This document shows positions 47,007 through 52,820 of a DNA stretch of 52,820 bases, in pieces. Numbering within the stretch: the first letter of the stretch is position 1; each line of letters begins with the position of its first letter. Position numbers and translations under genes: made by a program. The stretch is from a virus (Duplodnaviria; Caudoviricetes): positions 1-52,820 of the IMG/VR virus record IMGVR_UViG_3300025101_000034; one strand, written 5' to 3'. The notes under the pieces were generated by a model, which did no database searches, had not been told where the DNA came from, and was given only the letters and a program-made list of their open reading frames with translations.

Positions 47007-47234
47007 TTACTCGTCCTCGGATGAGGCTTCTATCTTAGACTCAGGGGATGCCTGACAAATGTCTTCAAGGTTTTTACGATGGACAACATTAGCTATCTGT
47101 AATGCTTCTCTTTGTATTTCAAGTGTAGATACTTTCCTTACTAAGACTTCTGCTTGTACTCTGCTATCTTTGTTCTTAATAGCATTTGTATCGTATTCAG
47201 ATACACCGTCTGAGGTTTCTATTTTTACTATCAT
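47007..47234 (-). CDS. Hypothetical protein
   Basis: 75-aa ORF coupled to SSB. Confidence 0.65.
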   Translation of the reverse strand: MIVKIETSDGVSEYDTNAIKNKDSRVQAEVLVRKVSTLEIQREALQIANVVHRKNLEDICQASPESKIEASSEDE

Positions 47235-47671
47235 TAGAACTCCTCGCCACCTTCTACTGAACCAAGCTCATCGCCATCGCCACTTCTATAAGACACCAGC
47301 TCAATGACTTGCATTGCCTGGAGGTCTAGCCCTTTGAAGTCTCCGTACTTATTGCTGGTCTCCCATTCTGCATACTGTACTTTTACTTCACTTCCATTAC
47401 CTACTACTTCATCCATAGGTACTTTGTCTTTATCAAAAAGTTTAGGAGCTTGTCTGGTTCTACCATCTGCTCCATTCATTTTCCTTTTGATAGTTATTGC
47501 ACGGCCTACAGGCTCTTCGTTGATACTTAAGTCTTTGACTTTATATCCACGTGCCTGAAAATCATCAGCCGTCTTATCATCTACAACCAAGTCTACTGTA
47601 TAGACTGGTTCAAACGTTGTGTTAGGGCTTGTTATCGAAGCCCAATAAGCTTTACCACTTACTACTGCCAT
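47234..47671 (-). CDS. Single-stranded DNA-binding protein (T7 gp2.5-like)
   Basis: 'GKAYWA...P', 'VGNGSEVKV', 'LQAMQVIELV', acidic tail ending in Phe; RBS AAGGAG. Confidence 0.85.
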   Translation of the reverse strand: MAVVSGKAYWASITSPNTTFEPVYTVDLVVDDKTADDFQARGYKVKDLSINEEPVGRAITIKRKMNGADGRTRQAPKLFDKDKVPMDEVVGNGSEVKVQYAEWETSNKYGDFKGLDLQAMQVIELVSYRSGDGDELGSVEGGEEF

Positions 47672-47713
47672 ATATATTCTCCTTTCGAATAATGTAGTTA
47701 GATTTAACCATAA

Positions 47714-47917
47714 CTATAAATTCAATGCAACTACTAAATCATTGAATTTATTTTCGTCTTCTTCAAAGACAGAAACTTTAAAAGTATTTTTATGTGCTTT
47801 TTCTTTCTGCACAAACTCAACCATGTAACTGTTGATACCGTGTTCCGTATTACAAAACTTTCTATACTGCTCATAGCTCATTTCTTTAGTAATGAATATG
47901 GCTTTGTCTTTACTCAT
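47714..47917 (-). CDS. Hypothetical protein
   Basis: 67-aa ORF in the operon. Confidence 0.6.
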   Translation of the reverse strand: MSKDKAIFITKEMSYEQYRKFCNTEHGINSYMVEFVQKEKAHKNTFKVSVFEEDENKFNDLVVALNL

Positions 47918-48078
47918 ACTAGCTTTAGTAATAATGTTCTAAGGGTCTCTAAGTCATACCACTTGCAATCAAATGTCATAGTACCCATCTTGCTGTCAAC
48001 CTGGTACACAGGCTCATCGTATGTGTTCTTGCTTTTGTAAACAATAAACTCTCCAATGCTTGTAATAAATAATCTCAT
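47914..48078 (-). CDS. Hypothetical protein, 54 aa (not in ORF track)
   Basis: MRLFITSIGEFIVY...LLLKLV*; ATGA overlaps on both sides. Confidence 0.55.
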   Translation of the reverse strand: MRLFITSIGEFIVYKSKNTYDEPVYQVDSKMGTMTFDCKWYDLETLRTLLLKLV

Positions 48079-48320
48079 TTCCAAATCTCCATATTGAGTG
48101 GCTTAGTATCTATGGTTACGTCTCTATCTCCATATATACTTTCAGCCATATCTTTTAAACTGGTAGTAACTATCAAATTCTCAGGGTCTGGTAGCTCTCC
48201 GTTGTTGTAAAGACTAACAAAAAGCTCTACTGATATTGCTCTTACATCAGGCTCTTCGCCTGCTTCATACTTAGGGCATACATATAATTGTGCAACCCCA
48301 CAAATATTTCCTTTCTCCAT
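48075..48320 (-). CDS. Hypothetical protein
   Basis: 81-aa ORF with AAGGA upstream. Confidence 0.6.
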   Translation of the reverse strand: MEKGNICGVAQLYVCPKYEAGEEPDVRAISVELFVSLYNNGELPDPENLIVTTSLKDMAESIYGDRDVTIDTKPLNMEIWK

Positions 48321-48321
48321 T

Positions 48322-48636
48322 TTAATATCCTTGTGTCATGTGAACGTAGCAGTTATCGTCTACGTCCTTCCAGTAATCTTCGCTGAGACTACGGCCACAA
48401 ATACATGTGGCTTCGTCTTCAATAAAGTGAGGATGAGACTTCCCAGGATAGGTTCGCAAATGATTTACCTGGTTAACTTCGCTTGCACTTATACGTGGAT
48501 TATTTTTCTTAGTACCTTCCACAACCTCTTGAAGTATCTCGCTTCCTCCAGATGATGAGCCTCTGTCAGTAGGGTTCAAACCTACTGGAGTCAGGGTGTT
48601 TAAATGACTAACTCGCTTTTTTTGTGTCATACTCAT
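48322..48636 (-). CDS. Hypothetical protein with a C-terminal CxC...CxxH cluster
   Basis: RBS AGGAGG; 'CICG...CYVHMTQGY'. Confidence 0.55.
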   Translation of the reverse strand: MSMTQKKRVSHLNTLTPVGLNPTDRGSSSGGSEILQEVVEGTKKNNPRISASEVNQVNHLRTYPGKSHPHFIEDEATCICGRSLSEDYWKDVDDNCYVHMTQGY

Positions 48637-48649
48637 CCTCCTTTTAAAC

Positions 48650-49462
48650 TTATTCTACATTAATCCTAAAAGGTAATCTACAATTCCTACCTTCAGGGTC
48701 AATTACAATAGCACTAGCAAGTAAATACTTTTCTAATGCTTCAAACAATCTTCTACCAGCATTACCGTTAATGTCAGTAAAGTGTATGTTAGTTATGTTA
48801 CCGTCAACAACATCATAATTTAATACAACAGTTGTTGTCTTTGAGAACTCTATTCTTCGTATATATCTATCAAGGTCTACACTTTTGTCCCTTTCAGGGC
48901 ATGTGAAGATTGGGGCTGGGTCTTCTAGTTCTAACAAGGGGGTTAAGATTTCCAGCCCCTCTTCATTCCTCTCTACTTCCTCTACAAGTGTGCCTTCTTC
49001 AAACTGTTCTTCTTTAAACATTGTGAAGTCGTCCTCTACAAATGGTTCATCCATAGGCTCATCAAGATTAGCTGGCATAGGTAATACTTCATTACCTGTC
49101 AATACACCATAGCCACCAGTAGCTGATAACTCTGATAGTTCTTCAGCCATCATCTCCTGGTTTCCTGCTACCTCATTGATACTCTCAGCCAGTTCGATGT
49201 TGTTATCATCCATCTGCATCTTCAAAGTATTAATACCATCACGATAGACAGCCATCAACATTAGAACTTTGTCTTGTTTATTAATGACCTCCGTCAATTC
49301 TTTTTGCATAGTATTATACTTTGCATCTAATTCATTCAGTCTTTTATCAAGCATCACTCTATCTTGTTCTATAAGATTAAAAGATACTATCAATCCAAAA
49401 GACAACCCAACCAATAACAATACTGCTATTAGTGACATTACATATTGTTTTACAATACTCAT
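48650..49462 (-). CDS. Membrane-anchored coiled-coil protein with a TonB C-terminal-like domain
   Basis: N-terminal TM, coiled coil, acidic linker, then 'VVLNYDV.DGNITNIHF...LFEALEKYL...LPFRI'. Confidence 0.6.
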   Translation of the reverse strand: MSIVKQYVMSLIAVLLLVGLSFGLIVSFNLIEQDRVMLDKRLNELDAKYNTMQKELTEVINKQDKVLMLMAVYRDGINTLKMQMDDNNIELAESINEVAGNQEMMAEELSELSATGGYGVLTGNEVLPMPANLDEPMDEPFVEDDFTMFKEEQFEEGTLVEEVERNEEGLEILTPLLELEDPAPIFTCPERDKSVDLDRYIRRIEFSKTTTVVLNYDVVDGNITNIHFTDINGNAGRRLFEALEKYLLASAIVIDPEGRNCRLPFRINVE

Positions 49463-49593
49463 TTCTTTCTCCTTTTTTTAATTCTCTTCTCACGTTTCAT
49501 TTCGTCAACTATCATTGTGCTTTCCCAGGCAAACCAGCCTGCTCCTATCATCATCAATAGTCCCATTATGTTACTCAGTATCTCTTCCATCAT
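49459..49593 (-). CDS. Small membrane peptide, 44 aa (not in ORF track)
   Basis: MMEEILSNIMGLLMMIGAGWFAW...KKRRKK*; ATGA coupling to the downstream gene. Confidence 0.55.
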   Translation of the reverse strand: MMEEILSNIMGLLMMIGAGWFAWESTMIVDEMKREKRIKKRRKK

Positions 49594-49828
49594 CTACCTT
49601 TGTTACTTGAAAGCCCCAGCACCAATGCTTATTGTCTAGGCCTAAGATACATTCCCTGTCTCTTACAAAGTTCCAATGCAGACTACCTACATCGTCTCCG
49701 TATTTTGTTCCAGGTTCAACTACAGTAATAGTCTCAACCTTTGCTTTCTTTGGTGGCTCATGTCCCCATGCTCCAGCCCACATTACTACATCTCCTGGAT
49801 ATAAAAAGTTTTGCTCATCAAATGTCAT
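49571..49828 (-). CDS. Hypothetical protein
   Basis: 85 aa, 'GDVVMW.GAWG...LDNKHWCWGFQ'; GAGG upstream. Confidence 0.65.
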   Translation of the reverse strand: MTFDEQNFLYPGDVVMWAGAWGHEPPKKAKVETITVVEPGTKYGDDVGSLHWNFVRDRECILGLDNKHWCWGFQVTKVDDGRDTE

Positions 49829-50022
49829 CTTACCCTCACTTCGTCATTAGCTCTACAGTCATTTACAAAATCAATACACTCATTCATGCATTCGCTGATA
49901 TGTCTTATCCTGTACTCGCCTGGATTATCTTCTACTCGGTCAACCAACTCACTAAGTAAGCTGACTGCTTTATTTAATTTAGTTTTGTAATCAATTAGTA
50001 ATTGTTTTTGTACTCTACTCAT
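49825..50022 (-). CDS. Hypothetical protein
   Basis: 65-aa helical ORF, coupled; RBS GGAGG. Confidence 0.6.
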   Translation of the reverse strand: MSRVQKQLLIDYKTKLNKAVSLLSELVDRVEDNPGEYRIRHISECMNECIDFVNDCRANDEVRVR

Positions 50023-50174
50023 CTGCCTTGTCCTCCATATCTTTTGTGGCTACGTTTTTTGTGCTTGTTCATAGTAGACATTGCAACCTTGATACGTCTA
50101 CCACGTCCACCTCTACCCTGTGAAGTAGCCTTCTTCACGTGGTCTATTGTAACTATTTGTTTTGCTCTTCTCAT
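50019..50174 (-). CDS. Small very basic protein, 51 aa (not in ORF track)
   Basis: MRRAKQ...KKATSQG...MNKHKKRSHKRYGGQGR*; ATGA overlaps on both sides. Confidence 0.7.
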   Translation of the reverse strand: MRRAKQIVTIDHVKKATSQGRGGRGRRIKVAMSTMNKHKKRSHKRYGGQGR

Positions 50175-50476
50175 TTTGTTAAATATTTAAAATGCTCTGG
50201 CATAGTCTTAGCTCTTTGATATTCCTCTGCCATAGTATTGATATCTTTAGCTGACATAGTATCTGCCGTTCTCTGTACAAGCCATTCAATAACTAACTGT
50301 AGTATTGGGAACTCTTGTCCAGCATCTTCATAGCCTTCAACGTATGACATGACATGCTCAAGTAAATCATCTTTTAAATCAGCTCTCATGCCGTCCAGGC
50401 CTGGTATGTTCTTAAGACTTTCCTGGACTAACTCCAGCTTGTCTTCTAAGTATCTTGTGTGTCCTTCGTGGCTCAT
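50171..50476 (-). CDS. Hypothetical protein
   Basis: 101-aa ORF, coupled; GAGG upstream. Confidence 0.65.
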   Translation of the reverse strand: MSHEGHTRYLEDKLELVQESLKNIPGLDGMRADLKDDLLEHVMSYVEGYEDAGQEFPILQLVIEWLVQRTADTMSAKDINTMAEEYQRAKTMPEHFKYLTK

Positions 50477-50736
50477 CCGTTACCGTCCTCATCTTCTGTT
50501 AATGGATATCCTTTCTTGTTAAAGAACTCTAAGTTCTCAGGATATTTCCAGTCTATATCATAAAGATGACTGTCAGAAACCTCATGTGTCGTGCCGTCCA
50601 CCATCTCTATCATAAGAGTTCCATACTTACACCAATGATATGCGATATCGTTGTAATCAAGTTTAAGGTGGCTTACATCATAGCTAGCTACCTGGTTGTA
50701 ACTAGCATGAACTTTTTTAACTGTGTGAACACTCAT
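50473..50736 (-). CDS. Hypothetical protein
   Basis: 87-aa ORF, coupled. Confidence 0.65.
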   Translation of the reverse strand: MSVHTVKKVHASYNQVASYDVSHLKLDYNDIAYHWCKYGTLMIEMVDGTTHEVSDSHLYDIDWKYPENLEFFNKKGYPLTEDEDGNG

Positions 50737-50906
50737 CCTTGACCCCCTGCTCTTAACAGAACTGCATAGTCTTTTTTGCTGGCCTTACCGTCCAACAACC
50801 TATCAAGTGCCTTGAGTTCTTTGAGTGAAAATACTTTTACTTTGTCTACGTTGACTGTCTGATGAAAGTCTGGAAACGTAACTTCTTTTTTATATTTATT
50901 TGCCAT
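50733..50906 (-). CDS. Hypothetical protein, 57 aa (not in ORF track)
   Basis: MANKYKKEVTFPDF...RAGGQG*; RBS AAGGAG; first gene after the promoter. Confidence 0.65.
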   Translation of the reverse strand: MANKYKKEVTFPDFHQTVNVDKVKVFSLKELKALDRLLDGKASKKDYAVLLRAGGQG

Positions 50907-50937
50907 ATATTGTTCTCCTTTTATATAGTCTTTATAG

Positions 50938-50967
50938 AATATAGAACAGTATTTATTAAGTTGTCAA
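50938..50967 (-). promoter_or_regulatory. Sigma70-type promoter for the - strand early/replication operon
   Basis: TTGACA (50967-50962), 18 bp, TATATT (50943-50938), with an AT-rich upstream tract. Confidence 0.6.
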
Positions 50968-51107
50968 GTATTTTATAAAGATATTTATAAAAATAAATAA
51001 AAAAATAAATATATATTATTTAGTTCTTATGATACTATATAGTCTTTATAGACTATCAAGAGGCAGAACCTAGGCTGTATAACTATTTACTTCGATACCC
51101 TAGGCAC

Positions 51108-51131
51108 AAAAAAGCCCCAATTAAGGGGCTT
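51108..51131 (-). terminator. Rho-independent terminator
   Basis: AAGCCCC-ttaatt-GGGGCTT running into a U-tract on the - strand. Confidence 0.8.
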
Positions 51132-51197
51132 CATGTGTACCGTCTTTTAGTTTAATATCAAAGTAAACGTATTGTCTTTACCTAATTATTTTAAAAT

Positions 51198-51226
51198 AAA
51201 AAAAACCCCAGCGATTGCCAGGGTTT
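51198..51226 (-). terminator. Rho-independent terminator (copy 1 of a shared hairpin)
   Basis: AAACCCTGGC-aatc-GCTGGGGTTT plus U-tract, just after the stop of 51562-51233. Confidence 0.8.
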
Positions 51227-51232
51227 ATAGTT

Positions 51233-51562
51233 TTAATATCCGTAGCCTGCATAGTGATTATCAGGGTTCAACTGCTGAAATTTTATCTGGCCGTCTTTGA
51301 TTCTCTTTTTAGTTTCTGGAGTATCAAAACCAGTAAAATTATTTCTGTGTCTGCTGGTTGTCCTGGAGTAGTTCCAGTAATCAGCATCAAAGACTAAACC
51401 TGCATCAGTATAACCAGCTATTATAGTGCCGTAGCTTTGGAAAAATGTCCCCTCTGCTGTCGTTACTATAAACTGATTTGCTACCTTGTTGCCGTTGCTA
51501 TTGGTCAAGCTTTTGACCTTTAAGCCTGTGGCACATATTGGGTTTTTAGATTCGTTCTTCAT
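51233..51562 (-). CDS. Early phage protein
   Basis: 'GNKVANQF...FQSY..IIA...YWNYSRTTSRHRN.F'; has its own promoter, RBS and terminator. Confidence 0.8.
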   Translation of the reverse strand: MKNESKNPICATGLKVKSLTNSNGNKVANQFIVTTAEGTFFQSYGTIIAGYTDAGLVFDADYWNYSRTTSRHRNNFTGFDTPETKKRIKDGQIKFQQLNPDNHYAGYGY

Positions 51563-51570
51563 ATCGTTTA

Positions 51571-51597
51571 GCCCTCCTTGGGCTGTTTAGTTAATAT
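51571..51597 (-). repeat. 27-bp early-gene leader repeat, copy 1
   Basis: gccctccttgggctgtttagttaatat, identical to 52619-52645; contains SD AGGAGG on the - strand. Confidence 0.9.
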
Positions 51598-51605
51598 CAA
51601 GGTAA

Positions 51606-51635
51606 AGTATACCATCATAATAATTTTTAATGCAA
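51606..51635 (-). promoter_or_regulatory. Early sigma70 promoter
   Basis: TTGCAT, 18 bp, TATACT with a TGn extension. Confidence 0.65.
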
Positions 51636-51812
51636 GCCGTCAGACTGTCCAAATACATTTTTTAAAAATTCTTCAGGGTCTATTGCTCCTGGTGTATTTA
51701 TTGCCAGGTCAAAAGCTTTTAATATTGCCTGCTGTACATTTTCTGGGCTGTTGTCATTAGCCATTTTTAGGATTGCATCTATTAAGTCGTTATATAGTTT
51801 TTTATTTTTCAT
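51627..51812 (-). CDS. Early hypothetical protein
   Basis: 61 aa; RBS GGAGG. Confidence 0.65.
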   Translation of the reverse strand: MKNKKLYNDLIDAILKMANDNSPENVQQAILKAFDLAINTPGAIDPEEFLKNVFGQSDGLH

Positions 51813-51885
51813 ATCTTAGAGCCTCCAGCTCTTATTTTATTAGTTTATATATAGATAACGATTGAACCTAGAAAATGTTACAGAT

Positions 51886-51916
51886 AAAAAAAAGCCCCAG
51901 CGATTGCCAGGGCTTC
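51886..51916 (-). terminator. Rho-independent terminator (copy 2 of the shared hairpin)
   Basis: AAGCCCTGGC-aatc-GCTGGGGCTT plus U-tract; 18-bp core identical to 51206-51223. Confidence 0.8.
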
Positions 51917-51932
51917 AGGGGAGCTTTAAGGA

Positions 51933-52280
51933 TTAACTATAGTGCCACATATCCCATTTATGGACTATGGCCTGCAATTCCTCCTCTGTGGGCTTCTCAT
52001 CTCTTTCTAAAAGCTCTTTAAATATATCTGCCTTTGCTGAGTGGTGGGCTATCTGAAAGCCTCCAGGGGTTTTAATCTTGTCAGCTTTGAAATATACCCA
52101 GCCTTGAAAGTCTCTACCTCCAGCATCAAATATATGAGACCTAATATTAAGAGCTTCAGCATATAAAGACTGCAAGCCCTCCACAAAGTTTATGAAGCTG
52201 GCCTTGGCCTCCACCTTGCCAGCTTTCATTTCTTCCATTAATTTAACGTTGTTTAAATATCCGTTACTCATTGTTATCAA
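51933..52280 (-). CDS. Early hypothetical protein
   Basis: 115-aa ORF (start may be the second Met, after AAGGAG), followed by a terminator. Confidence 0.7.
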   Translation of the reverse strand: MITMSNGYLNNVKLMEEMKAGKVEAKASFINFVEGLQSLYAEALNIRSHIFDAGGRDFQGWVYFKADKIKTPGGFQIAHHSAKADIFKELLERDEKPTEEELQAIVHKWDMWHYS

Positions 52281-52611
52281 GCTCCTTTTCTATTGTAGTC
52301 ATTAAACATCTGTTCGGAGCTTGGTAGATATCTCTATATAATTGCCCCAGTCTAAAAAACTCAGGGTAATTCTTATAGACTTCTAACAGTCTCCACTCAT
52401 CCAGGCCACAAAGAGCAGACCAAATCAACTTGCTTGCTTCTGCTAGCTTGTCGGCTGGCTTGCTGTATATTGCACCATCTGAGTTATCAACCAGGAACTG
52501 AGCCAGTAGCTCGTGAGTCGTTCCCTCTTCAATGCTGAAATAATCCAGGTTGTTTTTAGCCTGGTATCTTTCCTGCCTTTCGTTCTCGTAAGTCATTCTC
52601 ATATTTTTCAT
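52264..52611 (-). CDS. Early hypothetical protein
   Basis: 115-aa ORF with a strong RBS inside the repeated leader. Confidence 0.7.
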   Translation of the reverse strand: MKNMRMTYENERQERYQAKNNLDYFSIEEGTTHELLAQFLVDNSDGAIYSKPADKLAEASKLIWSALCGLDEWRLLEVYKNYPEFFRLGQLYRDIYQAPNRCLMTTIEKELDNNE

Positions 52612-52618
52612 AGTGTTC

Positions 52619-52645
52619 GCCCTCCTTGGGCTGTTTAGTTAATAT
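52619..52645 (-). repeat. 27-bp early-gene leader repeat, copy 2
   Basis: Identical to 51571-51597. Confidence 0.9.
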
Positions 52646-52658
52646 ATCGTCTGAGATA

Positions 52659-52688
52659 ATCTTACTATGATTTTAAGTTTAGTTGCAA
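52659..52688 (-). promoter_or_regulatory. Early sigma70 promoter
   Basis: TTGCAA (52688-52683), 18 bp, TAAGAT (52664-52659), upstream of the repeated leader. Confidence 0.55.
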
Positions 52689-52820
52689 GTAAAAGAACCA
52701 GCCCCAAAAAATAGACCTTATATAAGGGTGTAAAAATTCAACTTAACACCACCCCCAGGGTCATTAGTTTTTATAAGCTGTAAAGCTTGCCAGGTTGCCA
52801 GGGAATAACTAAAGAACCCT

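Larger units (their letters stand above)
1..52820. mobile_element. Near-complete tailed dsDNA phage (podovirus-like) genome
   Basis: Full set of terminase, portal, capsid, adaptor, nozzle, fibre and internal proteins, plus a T7-like replication module; no bacterial housekeeping genes and no integrase. Confidence 0.95.

Noticed and set aside
48567-48587. GGTTCAAA hairpin resembling a tRNA T-arm
   Set aside because: Loop register is non-canonical, no D or anticodon arms or acceptor stem were found, and it lies antisense within an ORF

Overview
The window looks like an essentially complete (probably circularly permuted) ~52.8 kb, AT-rich lytic podovirus genome of the type common in marine metagenomes (the marine origin is an inference). 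It has two convergent arms. The + arm (412-36804) carries packaging, head and short-tail genes, a 2131-aa collagen-like tail fibre, a GT25/PLOD collagen-modifying enzyme, internal virion proteins, and a tightly coupled CsgF-CsgG-curlin-like-FecR-CHASE2 adenylate cyclase cassette. The - arm (52611-36922) carries early genes, a TonB-like protein, T7-type SSB, primase-helicase and PolA, nucleases, class I RNR, an FkbM methyltransferase and a cytidylyltransferase. I found no RNA polymerase, integrase, tRNA, CRISPR array or reverse transcriptase. Two candidate systems stand out. One is a phage-encoded curli-export plus trans-envelope cAMP-signalling operon. The other is a proline-free Gly-X-Lys collagen fibre paired with a single-chain lysyl hydroxylase/double glycosyltransferase. 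Several non-coding signals also deserve follow-up: a thrice-repeated RNA internal loop before the scaffold gene, leaderless sigma70 promoters, modular early cassettes, and CCWGG enrichment with GATC avoidance. All calls come from reading motifs by eye; no database searches were run.
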